In this document: positions 1 to 13,120 of the stretch, one piece after another | Layout: each line of letters begins with the position of its first letter | Position numbering within the stretch: the stretch's first letter is position 1 | Assembly: GCA_013239625.1 (NCBI GenBank) | Contig: MU056029.1 | Span: 1,116,001 to 1,180,000, forward strand | Origin: Lama guanicoe | Taxonomy: Eukaryota | Length of the DNA stretch: 64,000 nt | Reading direction: 5' to 3' | Translations under genes and position numbers: made by a program | Notes under the pieces: generated by a model | Database searches by the model: none | The model's input: the letters and a program-made list of their open reading frames with translations, nothing else | Told to the model about the DNA's origin: nothing

Positions 1-636
1 AGACTTAGCAAGTGACTTCCAAAATGTCACTCAAAAAAGGGCCCTTGTACTTCCATTGAGAACATTCCAAGTTCTGCCCAAGATAAGCACAGTACTAAGG
101 GGAGGAAGGAGTCCAAGCAAGGGAAACTCACAGCAAACTGACGTGCAGAAGAAATCTGTCAAACTAGTATTATCATTAGCATCTTCGCAAGGTCGCGATA
201 TAAAATTACGTGTGCTTTGAACAGCCTTATACACACTGTTTACCTTTTCCTATAATAAAATTATGTGACTCTTTGGAACGCTGTATCCTGCTTTGCTATA
301 GACATGCTCTGTAACTCCGCATCCTGGTAAGCACCAAGTATCTTGGAATACAATCCCTGCCGAGGGTAGCTGTTCTCACACTAAGAAATCCCACGTCTTG
401 GCATTCCTCGGCTGTAATTTGGCAAAGAATGAGCTTCTCAGGTTTAACTTAAGCAAATAATTATCCCTACCCACGTGCAGGCACAAAGCTGAACACACAC
501 GGGCGTGGAGGTGGCCAGCGCAGGCACAACCCCCGCCTCCAACGACAGCCACTGTTCCCGCGACCCTGGGGACTGAGGTTATCACTGCTGTCTCTTCCTG
601 CCCATGTGGCAAACCAGTGCCCACGGTTCCTAAAGC

Positions 637-1978
637 TGTTGACTGAAATAAATGCACAGCCTAAAAGCTGAAAGTTATGTTTTATTTGGTGGACTCTTCT
701 GAGGACTCAGCCCGGGGAGGACAGCCTCTCAGGTCCGCTCTGAGGGACTGCTCTGAAGGGGCAGGGGAGGAGCCAGGATGTACAGAAGTTTTTACAACAA
801 AGACCAGGGAGTCAGAACATTAAAAGATCACTGTTAACTAAAGAAAACCAGACATCTCAATTTAAAGAATTTAGGACTTTCTAGGTATGGGAAGGTGCAA
901 AGGTCTGGGCTCATTGAAATGTCCTTTGAGACACACCTAGCTGTCTAGGGCTGCAACAGAAAAGAACAAATCTGACCCCATATTAGATCTGTTCCTTTGG
1001 CTTTAACCCTGTGCCCTGTCTTCTAGGCTCAGTCTTGCTGGCTCTGCACCTTTGGTAAAGGACTGTTGCCTTTAGCCTGAAATATGCAGGAGAGCCTATT
1101 CTCAAGGCTCTGGCCTTTAAGGATATTAACACTTTTGCACATATATAAAGATAACAAGTCGCAGGGTATGGGTATGAGCCTAGAAAACAGGGCACAGAGT
1201 TAAAGCCAAAGGAACAGATCTAATATGGGGTCAGATTTGTTCTTTTCTGTTGCAGCCCTAGACAGCTAGGTGTGTCTCAAAGGGTGGTGGTAGTGGCTGA
1301 TGACTTGATGGCCACAGCATTCTTTGTTTATTGATATGGCTGGCACAGTCTTGCTGGCTCTGCACCTTTGGTAAAGGACTGTTGCCTTTAGCCTGAAATA
1401 TGCAGGAGAGCCTATTCTCAAGGCTCTGGCCTTTAAGGATATTAACACTTTTGCACATATATAAAGATAACAAGTCGCAGAATAGAAAATAACATTTTTT
1501 TGGTTAGACGTTTTGCAGGGGCACCAGGACCTGAACCGCGCGGACAGATGCAGTAACAAACAATTCCTACACCAAGAAGTCTGCAACAACCAACCACACC
1601 CCCTCCCCTTTTTAGTATAAAAGGAGCCTGTATTATGACTTGGGGAAGATGGTTATCTAAGACATTCATCTGCCATCTTCTCGGTCTACTAGTTTTCCAA
1701 ATAAAATCACTATTCCTTGCCCCAGCACCTCGTCTCCTGATTTATTGGCCTGTCGTGTAGCGAGCAGAACAAGTTTGGACTCAGTAACAGGGCCAGTGTT
1801 CTGTTCTTTCCCATCCCTCAGGGGGCACCACTGGGGGTGGCAGCAGAGGCCAGGCTGCCTGCTTGTTTGCATCCTGAGTTCCCTCCACTCACTGTCAGGG
1901 GTGGTGGTAGAGGCTGATGACTTGATGGCCACAGCATTCTTTGTTTATTGATATGGCTGGCAGTATTTTTCATTCACA
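637..1978 (-). mobile_element. Solo ERV1-type LTR (family A), interrupted by a family B LTR
   Basis: TG...CA termini (tgttgact...cattcaca) with AATAAA near the 3' end on the minus strand. The two halves rejoin across the 952-1789 insert. Homologous to 2582-3073 in the opposite orientation. Confidence 0.8.
952..1789 (+). mobile_element. Solo LTR (family B, same family as the provirus LTRs) with an internal rearrangement
   Basis: TGCAACA...GTAACA termini and a perfect 4-bp TSD GGGC (948-951 and 1790-1793). Homologous to 17701-18204. Confidence 0.9.
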
Positions 1979-2581
1979 AGCTCCAACTGATAATTCGAAA
2001 ACAGAAAAGACACCAATATCCAAGAACAGCACCGGTGTTCCCCTCTGCATTTCTTTTCAATAAGAAAGACTGTCAGAAACAAACTTGTTAGCCATAAGGT
2101 ATGAGCAGATGCCCCAGCAGCACATCTCACAAGCTGGAAACACCCTCCTGTGTTTTTGGTTTTCTCACGTTTCGTCTGCTGCCCCAGTCAATGTGTTCAT
2201 CACTCTGCTTTCCTGGCTACTCTCCAACAAGCCAAGCTTTTGTATTTGTGTTTATTTATGCAGAGCTCCTTACGGAGAACACGCCTCTCCCAGGGCACAT
2301 TCTGCCCATCCCCCTGAAATGACATTTGTTCTGCAACCTTTTCTCTTCTGCTTGCAGAACGAATCTGACAGCAGCAAGGGCTTCCTCCACCCCCTCCCCC
2401 ACCAGGCTACCTGGGCACAGTTAGCGCACAACACAGTGTTGAAGTTGGCTGTGAGCTGCCGAATGCAACTGGTAAAGTGTAACCTCCTTGAGGACAGATG
2501 CCCGACTCTATTTACCCCTGTCCCTTCCAGTGCCTCTCACTCTGTCCAGGACAAACAGATATCTGTAGAATGAACTGGTTA

Positions 2582-3073
2582 TGTGAATGAAAAATATTCC
2601 CAGCTAATCAGTAAATAAAGGGCGCTGTGGCCCTCAAGTCATCAGCCACTACCTCCACCTCCAACAGTGAGTGGAGGGAACTCAGGATGCAGACAAGCAG
2701 GCAGCCAGGCCTCTGCTGCCACCCCCAACGGGTGCCCCCTGAGGGACTCAGGATGGGAAAGAACAGGACACTGGCCCTAGATACTAGGTGCATCTCAAAG
2801 GAATGATCTTCATGAGCCCAGACGCTCCCACACATAGAAAAGCACTAAATTCCTGAACTTGAAATATCTGGTTTTCTTTAATTAACAGTTATCTTTTGAT
2901 GTTCTGACTACCTGGTTTTTGCAAAAACTCATGCATCCTGGCTTCTATCTTGCCGCTTTGGAACAGTGTCTGCGAGCGACCCGAGAGGCCACCTCCTAGG
3001 CTGAGTCCTCAGAAAGTCCACCGAATACAACACAGCTCTCAGCTTTTAGGTTGTGCACACACACAAGTCAGTC
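2582..3073 (+). mobile_element. Solo ERV1-type LTR (family A)
   Basis: Starts TGTGAATGAAAAATA and is reverse-complement homologous to both halves of 637-1978. The 3' end is approximate. Confidence 0.78.
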
Positions 3074-3715
3074 TGGATTCTTGCAGGCTCGTGAAGAGTT
3101 TCAACTGAGAGTATATTTTCCTGGGAAAGTTGTAAGTGGCCGTAACTTCAGCCATCTTTGCTGGTACCACATGAGCTGTTCAGACAAGCTCATGCCTCCA
3201 AAACAGAAAAGAGCTTTACCCCATAGCAAGCAACTGGTAATGACGCTTCCATAGGAAGTATTTCTCATTTCCTAAGGTTTTTAATTCTTCATGTCAAGTT
3301 ATTTCAAATACTTTCAGACTTACAACACTGCAAAAGTAGTACAAAAAATTTCCCATATAACAGTTGCCCAGCTCCCTGTTAACATCATACAAAACCAGAG
3401 TAAAATGACCGAAACCAGGAAGTCAACAATGGTACTTCCACTTCCAGACCTTACTCACATTCTAGCTACAAATCCACCAATGTCCCTCTCTGGGCCAGGA
3501 TCCAAACCAGGATCACACGCTGCATCTTGTTATCCTCTGGTTCCTTCGTCTCTTGATTCTTGAACCCTTCCTCCCTCTTTCCTTGCCTTTCACAATTTTG
3601 ACACTTTGAGGAGTGGGCAAGGTAGCTTGTAGAGTCTCTGTAATTTGGGTTTGTCTGATGTCTCCTCATGATTCAGTTCAGGTCACGTGCTTCAGGCAAG
3701 AGTATCACAGAAGAG

Positions 3716-3866
3716 AGCACAGGGAACTATATTCACTATCTTGTAACAACCTTTAATGACAGAACATGAAAACGAATGTACGTCTACACATGCATGACTG
3801 GGACACTGTGCTGCACACCAGAAATTGACACATTGTAACTGACTACACATCAATTAAAAAAATAAA
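3716..3866 (+). mobile_element. 5'-truncated lineage-specific L1 3' tail
   Basis: ...tgtgctgcacaccagaaattgacacattgtaactgactac...A-rich tail with an approximate TSD (atcacagaag/atcatagaag). The same tail recurs at 4970, 11737, 15720, 44240, 52497 and 63170. Confidence 0.8.
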
Positions 3867-3974
3867 AGATCATAGAAGCAATGCCACACTCTTTTCTGTG
3901 CATCATACCAGGAGACAGGGGATGTGTATTTGTGCCACTGCCAGAGAGGTTAACTTTCATCACTAAGTTAAGCA

Positions 3975-4151
3975 TCCCCTCCAGAGGTTCACTGGAAACA
4001 AGAAATGTTTGACTTTACTCCTTCTCCTTTTAGTATAAAAGAAGACTGAATTCCAACTCAGGCAAGATGGTTCTCTGGGACACTAGTCCACCATCTCCTC
4101 AGTCTGCTGGCTTTCCAAATAAAGTTGCTATTCCTTGTCTCAAAAAAAAAA
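3975..4151 (+). mobile_element. Polyadenylated LTR fragment (family B-related)
   Basis: TATAAAA...AAGATGGTTCT...CCAAATAAAGTTGCTATTCCTTGTCTC followed directly by A10. Confidence 0.75.
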
Positions 4152-7100
4152 TTTATTTCCTTTTGTAATTACAAAGTATCTTGTAAGGAGACACTTTGAG
4201 ATGATACAAATATTGTTCCTCATTAAAATTTCTCCCACTAACTTGAGCACGCATAGGTCACTCCTGCCTAAACCAGTTGCTGCTATGATGCTTACCAAGG
4301 GGTAATTTTCTAAATCCATCGCTGTACAGTATGGAAGAACTACCCTTCCTCCTTTATTTACTTACTTACTTATACTTTTATTTATTAGATTATTTATTTG
4401 CACCAATGTGAACTCATGGGTACCTTATTCTGTGGGTGACTCCTATCCAGCAGGTTATACCCATGCCTGTTCTTTGGTGGTCAATTTGCCCCAGATTTGG
4501 CCACTGGAAGACCCTTCAACTTGGCTCCCATGTTTTTTCAATAGGTTCCCTCCACTTTTCAGCACTTTCTTACTCACCAGGATAGAAATCGTTCTACATT
4601 CATCTTGCACTTTCCCTGCCCCAGCCTTGCAATCAGTCCAAGGAATACTGGTTTATTTTATCTGAGAATATTTAGAAACCAAGAACTGGCAGCTGGGTGT
4701 GCTCACTGCTACTAAGGTGTTCCTCTTGGGCTCTCAGTGGACAGAGCTGGGACACTCCTGCGCACACACACACAACCACATCCCCTACATTTGCATCCAT
4801 TCCTGCACCTCTCTCTCTGCATGTATATTAAAACCCAAGTGTTCACAGATCACAGGGCTCATTCTAGTCTTCCCTGTCCTCATCTATCATTCTTTTCTAT
4901 GATAACAAGAAACCTGGCCTTCAGTAGCCACAATATATTTACTTATTTCTTCAAAATTATAACACACATAGAATATGAAAAGGAATATATGCATGTATAT
5001 GTATGACTGGGACACTGTGCTGTACACCAGAAACTGACACATTGTAACTGACCGTACTTCAAGTTAAAAAAAAATTTAATATGCAGTTTCAGAAAGTCTA
5101 GCCCATATATCTGTGAAAAAGTAAAGTATGATATTTGTAGTAACTAAAATACAGTGCTTGAGTAGAGTTGTTACTGCCTTAAGAGTCTTCAGTCAAAACA
5201 GTTTTCCAAAGTTAGCTAGATTGAGTCTCACCCTCCTCAACCACGTATTTAAAGATAAAATTTAAATAGAAAAGAGAGATATTCTTATGAGGGAACAGCT
5301 AAGGGGGGCTGTGTCAAACGGGGTACCATATCCCACTTACATTAGGTTAGGTGAACTACTTAGGTAAGCTGTATCAATGAGACCCCAAACCTAAACACCA
5401 TCAGAATACAATTCTTCCTGTGTGACAGCACTGGGCAAGCGGTCTCCTCCCCTCATCTGGGTCCCCAAGTATATGGACAGTCTGTCAAACACATGGCTTC
5501 CAAGGTTAGCCTGGGCACTGTCTCCACTCCAGCATGTACCCAGGGTCCAGATGGACCACAGCCAGAAGGGGCTCGCTTCCACTGGGACTCAAGTACAAGG
5601 TCACACCTAACTCCCTGAGAGGCTGGGAAGTGTAGTCGACTGCAGGTGTAGAGAGAAGAGACCAGGAACCTGTGAGTAGGTGCCCACCTTGGCCAATCGC
5701 ACACACTGGCAATGCAAGGTATTCATAAGAAAAAGATCAGTTTATATTACCAAAAATTTTCAGAAAGGCTCTGATAGTAGTCTAGAAGAGTCACCATTAA
5801 GTTATTTCAGATCTCACCACACAGGTGCTTTAGGACTGTTTCGAATCTTTCAAGTTCAGAGGACTCTCACATTTCCATTCGTGTGCCACGTTTCAAAATG
5901 CCTCTGACCCTTTCTAGACACAGCAGCCCATATCACACCAGCAGGTGACTTTTATTTTAGCCCTTTATATAGGCCAGGCTTTGTGCTAAGCAATTAAATA
6001 CATCTGGTTATACACATTTGCTCACACAACACGGAAATGTGCAATGAAAATGTAGCTTCCTGTGTGAACTTCCTCAAGAAGGTCCACACTTTGGGTGTCA
6101 CAGAAACACCTCTAACACTGAGTGTACATGAGTGAGGCAACTCTCCTTCCGTGAGTTACCTATAAGAGACATACTTACATTCTCTTTTTAAAAAATCTAG
6201 TCTTTGAGATCTCACCTGCCACTCTAGGTCTTCTCCTAGAGGTTCTGCTGGCCCAGCAGCAGGGGGAGGCGGGGAAGGACAGCACAGGGTCCCCACCTTC
6301 TCGGTGGTCCCGGCTGCACAGGGCACTCGGACTGCCCTGCTCCCAGCCTGCAGACCGCGGAGCGCAGCCGCCTGCAGCTTCGGAAGTGACGTGCAGGCAA
6401 CAAGCCTGGGGCCCTCAGTCTCACAGTCCTGCCCTGAGGCCCCCTCCCCGACACTCCCCTCCCCGGGGCACAGAGACCTGGGGAGACCAGGAGCACGACT
6501 GCGGCTCACTGATGCACCATCACCGACAGCCACCTGACCCATCCTTCCTGTGCCCTGTCGGACACAGGCCCCAGGCTAGTGGTCAGGGTTCCTGGAAGCC
6601 TGCAGCCTCTGCACACGGCTCCTGCAGAAGAAGCCATCAGGGTGACTGGTGCTCGGGGACTGGGCCCCAAAGGACCCTGTGTGTGAGCGGGGTACTCTCC
6701 ACTTCCCTAAAAACCTCATTTCTCCCCCACAACCCCCTGGGCCCAAAATGGATGTTTCTGCTTTCTTCTGTCCAGGAAACGTTTCACACCTTCCGTCCCC
6801 TCTGCCCAAAGTGTCCTTCCTCCAGGCACGACTTGCTCCCTCACTCCTTCCAGATGCACAAACTGCACCCACAAAGCGGGGCCTCCCCTGACGGCCGCCT
6901 GTGGGAGTTCCCAGAGGACACTCAGGCCCCCTCTCACACGTCTGCCTGTGGTCCGTGTCTCCGCGAGCTGTCAGCGACAACGTGGCGGGAACTTGACTTT
7001 ATCTCCCGACATAACCCTAGATGGAAACCTAGACCAAGGCCTGGCACCTAAAAGGCATTCACCAAACATCGTAAAATAAATGTGTCAAATGAACACAGAA

Positions 7101-7623
7101 ATGGCCAACCCTACCCAGCGAAAAGAGCGTTTTCTCCGTAATTAGGGAAGGGACACCAAGATTCCCCAAAACAAATCAGAAAAACCCGAGCTTTCAGGTC
7201 CACTGAATTCCTGAGATGTCTATGAGATATTTGCTTTGACAGCCCAAGCTGGGAAAATAAGTACATTTGTCTTCGGTTGGTGACGTCCTATTGCCTGAAA
7301 CCCAAACACCCACTGATTCAGTGATGAGGAGCACCCGGAACAGTAAGGTTTACAGGATGAAAACCCCAGGTCCCCAGCGCACACGCAGGGCGCTGCCAGC
7401 ACCCTGCAAGCCCGCTGTAGAGCAGAGAACCCTGAGCTGAGGCCACCAGAGTGCCAACGGCAGGTGGCCGGGGGCTGAGGCCACTTTGCTGTCACTCACA
7501 GTCAACAGCACATCCATGAGCACGGCCCTTCCTTTATACCTGAAGCCCGTTTTATTTTTTTGAAACTTTTGCCTCAGTTTTATACATGTATTAGTAAGTG
7601 ACTTCATGAGAAGACTTCATACA

Positions 7624-7848
7624 GGAGGTTAAGAAGAAATATGCAGAGCTCAGAATGCCTGAACTTAAATCCTCCATCTGCTTCCTGCTGCCTGTGCAAT
7701 GTGGCACAAATTACTCTACCCAGTGGCCCCTCTGTCTCCTCACTGATTAAAAAAAGGGCTGATAACAACACACTTTCCTCCTAGGACGTCTGTAAGCAAT
7801 AAATGAACTCACACATGCACAGCACTTACAAAAGAAAGTGGCACATCG
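7624..7848 (+). mobile_element. MIR SINE
   Basis: Degenerate MIR core (tctcctcactg..aaaaagggctgataacaac...aaatgaactcacacatgcacagcactta). Confidence 0.6.
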
Positions 7849-10800
7849 CTCTCGTCCAGCACTCGTGCATAAAATTTGGGCTCAACACTTAGCCTTCTTG
7901 GTGTGATCCTTTTGGCTCTTCTTGCTCAGTCCCTTTTATTTTGAGCACCACTAATGTGAACGATGCAGTTTATCTTTTTTAAAACTTCTGGACAAACCAA
8001 TAACACTGTTTTCATCCCAAAGTTAACGTTTGCGATCAACGTTGGTTTCGCGCTTCTACTTGCTTTCTTTTTCCACTTTGTTTTAAAAATGCCATTATTT
8101 GTAGGAAACCTGTGACCTACTAAATAAAAAAATGAAGGAAATCATTGGACAACAGTAACAAAACAAAAAGAAACAGCAAAGAGAAAACAAACCGCTGGAC
8201 TCAGACCAACAAGCAGTGCTCACTACAGCAAACCTCTCACTTCAACTCAAGTTTTCAAAGGACTTCTTCCCTCCAGGGAGAGGGTGACTCTTTTTCACTG
8301 TACACAGCTCTGATCAGAGTAACATCCTGGCTGAATGCTCAAGTTGAATAAAACCCTTCTGAGCTTTGCTGGCTCCCCAGACACCACTGTGGAGTTTAGA
8401 CAGGGGTTGATTTTAACCTCAGTGGATCCCTCTGGGGACACGTCTGGGGAGCAGGGTAGACACAAGCCCACAGTTGCCTTCAACATACACGCAGGCCAGC
8501 GTGACGACTGTTTACACGCCCGCCTGCAAAAGCACCAAAGCAGCAGAAAGAAGCTCATAACCTAACGCCCTTTTTCTTCTCATATGTATATTCTGGACAC
8601 TATGTATTTCTATGTCTGCAGGAAATGTTGCACCCAGTAATCCTAACGGCTAAGGCCTTATGTCAGAATTCAGCAAAACCAAGGAAACACGGAAGAGATG
8701 GGCAGGAGAGCTCCGAGCCCACACACCACTGAGCCGTGTTCTTAGAGCTGATGGAACCTCTGTCTTTGCCACAAAGTGGCTAAAATGGGGAACTGATATG
8801 TATCGAGAATTGAGGTCAACACAGAATTTTAGTTGATTTTAAGGAAAAAATCAACTTCAGGTAGACTGATCAACAGATGAATAGATCTAAGTATTTATTA
8901 ACACAAAGACATCCAAAATGGATGAAGAAATATACTATTCAGCCGCATGATAAATTATAAGGCATAACATATTTTGTTTTAAAATGAGGTGTAATGGAAG
9001 TTCCTTGATCAACGGTTAGTTTCTAGGGAAGGAAGTAACAGAGCATGCCAGGAACTGCTGTCTTGAGAACTGCTCCCTCTGAACACTGTTAGCCAAGTGT
9101 TCCCCCCTGCCGTCTCCTGCCCAGAGGGTAACTGAAGCATGTGCCCACGCCAGTCCGCCCAGGAAAGCCCTGGCCCCTGGGAGGAAGGCCGATTCCTCCT
9201 TGTTAAGGCCAACAGCTGCGAGTCGGGGGTCAAGTGCACATGACAGCTTTGGGACCTAAGGCAGAGTGATCAGCTGGTCAGTATGTGGTTCCACCGCGAC
9301 ATCACAGACAGGCAGGTGGCAGGTGCCCAGGGGACGCTGACTGGAGGACTGGAGAACTCAGTGACAAGAGGCCCCGAGCTGGAGAGGAGGGTGGGCCGGA
9401 GGAGGCAGCTGTGCGGGGCACCCCAGACACACAGGCACACTCGCTCCCGGGGCTCTCGGGGCTCGGGCTGGAGAGGGCGCGCTCTCCAGCTGGCAAAGTG
9501 CCCCCTTTTCCCTCTGGGTGTGATCTTCTTGATCTCCTCGCTTAGCCTCCTGTGTCACCACCAGGCCTCCCGGGCCGTCACTGCCCTCGAACGGGCGGTG
9601 TCACGTGACGCGCTCGCCCCCGGACGAGGAGCGAAGCCCTCCGCGGTCGTTCCCACTAAACACACAGCTGAGGCCACCGGCGCGCGCTTCCTGGTGGAAG
9701 GTCTGACGATAAAAATAACAGGTTGTCCGCGTGATTTCCGCTGTCGCTTCAGAAGCTGGGACGTCCAGTGCAGGGACGACTTGACAGCCCAGGGGAAAAA
9801 GAACCGCTGCGCAAAATAAGGCTGGATACGGAAACTGAGAGGACGGCTAGATCAAGCATTTCAGTGTTTGGAAACAGACACAGATTCTGTTTCGCTGGCT
9901 AAGTCAATGTAAATGTTTTCATCGAGATAAAACCTGAAGATAAAGATGAATCTTGCAGGCTAGTGGGATGAGATTCTTCTGGTCAGTTCTCATCACCTGC
10001 TAACACCAGTATTTTGATTGACTGCAGGATGAAGATAGACAGATCCATCGATCTCTTAAAATTGGGATTATTCTGTTCATACAGTTTATTCAGTTTCATA
10101 TCCCACATTTTACTTAACGTGACATGAATATTATTCCATCAGGAAATAGTTTTGAAAACACTTATTTTTATTACTATATCATATTATACTATTTCAATGT
10201 GTATGACCATTTATTTACACTCTGCTCACTGGACATTTAGCTTGTTTCTGCTTTTCTGCTATTAAAACTAGAATGTGGCAGGAGTTCTGTCTACACTTCC
10301 AAATATTTCTTTGTCGTAAACTGCTGGAAGAGAAATAACTAGACAAAGATACCGACTTTTCACAGGGTCTTGTACTCACAAATTGTACAAGGTGGTCACC
10401 CCACCAGCTGTGCCCCTGTCCCTGCCCCGTCCCCAGTGAGAACTATCATTCCTTTTTAGACTAATTTCTTAAACAGACCCACTAACCAATACACACCTCA
10501 AGGGGGGAGAGAACCGGAAGCCCGCGGTGAGCGCTCTGGGCCCCCCAGGGCACCGAGAGCCTCTGCTGCCTGGTACCCACTCCTCACATCACCCTCCTGG
10601 CACCTGCTCCCTCCGCTCCCACCCCACCTCGGAGTCCCTCCCAGGCAAGTGCAGCTGTGCAGAGGGGACAGAGAGAGGCTGTCTCACTCTCCAGGGAGCC
10701 CAGGGCTCTCTCCCCTCCTCCCCCGAAGCTTCCCGACTCCCTGAGCTATCACATTCCGATGGTGGGATGGCTTTACCCATGAAAGATGAGCCACGTATCT

Positions 10801-11736
10801 TAATAAAATTCAAAGGCTTCGGCGATAGAGTAAGAGGGTGCGTTTTCACATCTGACGGTGCCAGGAAGAGGAACGAAGGGGGAGGAAGGACCTAGGATGT
10901 ACTGAGCACATACAAGATTCTTTGCTAATGGTAATTAATTTAATTTTAACTACCTCCATAAGAGGTCCTTGTCAAAGACAGGAACTCAGATCTGGGCTTA
11001 GGGACGCGATACAGTGACCTAGGAGGGCCAGCTGCTCAGTGCCCTGTGCTGGTTGCCAGTGACGCTGGGAGGCAGGGGGCACCCAGTGTGACCAATTGGG
11101 TCACACTCAACAAGAGCACGGCCCACAGAAAGCCCCACACGTGGGTCCTCAGACAAGGGCACCTGACCAGACAAATACAGCTCTGGGTACAACATCCTCT
11201 CGTGTGCATCTGTGTCAGGAGGGACAAGCGGAAGGAAGAGTTAACTTTAAAAGAAAATCAAGACAGCTTTATCCTATGGACAGAAATTACTCATTTACAG
11301 TATTTGGTGGTTCCACTCTTTTGCTGGGAAATCAGAAATCTATTATGAGGTTAGCAGGTGCTCAATCAATATTTGTTGAGTGAATTAATGCATTAGTTTA
11401 TTCACTGTTCTGTGCCAACTGGACAGTCAGGGTGCAGGCGAGACCAGAGCAGCAGAACGGAGCCGCCTTTTTGCACCAACCAGGTACTTCTCAGTAATAA
11501 ATACTTGGTGTGTGTAGACCATAAACTTGGAAAAGTGGAGCATGGGGATTTATTAGAAAGAGATGAAGAGGAATTTATTAAAAAGGGGAAAAAGAGGTTA
11601 AAAAAGATCTATTCTTCATCTTCAGAAAAATAGAAGGGGATGCACACAGGAGCTGTCCTCCAGCCCACGTTCATCTGAACACAGACCTCGCAGCCTCCAG
11701 CTTCAACATCTGCCCCTGTCCCCAGGACTCCCCCGT

Positions 11737-12070
11737 TTTTTTTTTTTAAATTGTACAGTCAGTTACAGAAGTACAGTCAGTTACAATGTGCCAACTTCTG
11801 TTGTGCAGCATAATGTCTCAGTATGCATACATACACATGTATTTGTTTTTCATATTCTTTTTCTTTAAAGGTTATTATGAAATATTGAATACAGTTCCCT
11901 GTGCTGTACAGAAGAAATTTTTTAAATCTGTTTTAGTATATAGTGGCTAACATTTGCAAATCTCAAACTCCCAAAATTTATCCCTTCCCACCCCCTTTCC
12001 CCCGGCAACCATCAGATCGTCTACCATGTGTGCAAGTCTGGTTCGGCTTTGTGGCTGAGTTCACTAGTGC
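11737..12070 (-). mobile_element. Lineage-specific L1 3' end fragment
   Basis: Poly-T followed by the reverse complement of the L1 3' tail seen elsewhere in the window. Confidence 0.8.
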
Positions 12071-12922
12071 AGGACTCCCCTGTTTTCAATCACCTCGCCA
12101 ACGAAACACCTTCCTACAGGTCAGTTTTGCTGTCTTCACTCCCTCACTCACACAACATTCAGTAGCTTCCTGGGACTGACCAAATGACATCCACCACCCT
12201 CAGTGTCCAGGTTCTGGGCTCGAGCTGCAGGCCAGGGGCACGACACCGAAATCTCTGCTCCCCAGTGGCAGAGACAGTCAGCGAGCCGTGAGCGTGGACC
12301 GTGCAGACCGACCAGGCTAGGGCGCCGGGTAGGGTGGCCTCGGTGTGAGTCACCACAAATGGGAAAGCGCACTGGTCTGTCAAGGCCCAAGAAGGCTCCT
12401 AGCAGAAAACGGGGGCGCTGCAGTGGGAACCTGAGGACCGGCCCATGTTCCTGGCAGGAGAAACAGTGTAAGGTCAGGTCAAAGGAGCCACATGCGTCAG
12501 ATGTCCCCTCCCAAGGTCTGTCTCCCATCTCTCCTCTGCGGTACCCCAGCTGCTCCACCCCTACCGCACCGTGTGCCCTCTGAGCGGACAACCTCGCTGC
12601 TGCCTCAGGGTGTCCCACAAACCACCCCCCCTTTTCCTATGACCGGCTCTGCTCTCCGTCTCCCGAACACCTCCTGAGCAGCGCACTTTCTGATCTACAC
12701 GGCACAGCACGAGACACACCCCACTGATGACGGTGGTCAGCAGTCCCACTTTGCACAGGGCAGCCCTGGCTCCCGCCCGCCTGCCCCGGAACGGTTACTA
12801 ACAGTGCCCTCGTCCCCTCTCAAAGCCTCCCAGCGGATGATAATCTATAAGGAATCTTCCCAGGTTCCTGGACAAGCAGATGTGCGTTCCTGGAGGGATG
12901 TGGAGGGTGGGGGTAGTTGGAG

Positions 12923-13120
12923 AGGTCAGGAGCACAGACTCCGAGTCTGAATCCCAGCTGCCTACAGCTCTGGACAATATGAAACCCATGGATGCCCGCG
13001 TGTCTTCACCTGTAAAAGGGCAGGATGAAAGCAGTACTTACTTCGTGGGGCTGAGGGCGGGGTGGGGGTGTGCACACAAGGACTTTATGCAAGTACCTAG
13101 CACAGAGCAAGCACCACATA
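12923..13120 (+). mobile_element. MIR SINE
   Basis: tctgaatcccagct...tcttcacctgtaaaaggg...agtacctagcacagag, typical MIR segments. Confidence 0.6.

Larger units (their letters stand above)
3280..5200 (-). mobile_element. Old L1M (L1MC-like) 3' region with nested younger inserts
   Basis: Resembles an L1MC-type 3' UTR and is reverse-homologous to about 53860-55200. Contains young L1 tails at about 3716-3866 and 4970-5073. Boundaries approximate. Confidence 0.55.

Noticed and set aside
6156..7051. Overlapping ORFs up to 221 aa in GC-rich intron sequence
   Set aside because: No recognisable homology or splice structure; expected by chance at this GC content.
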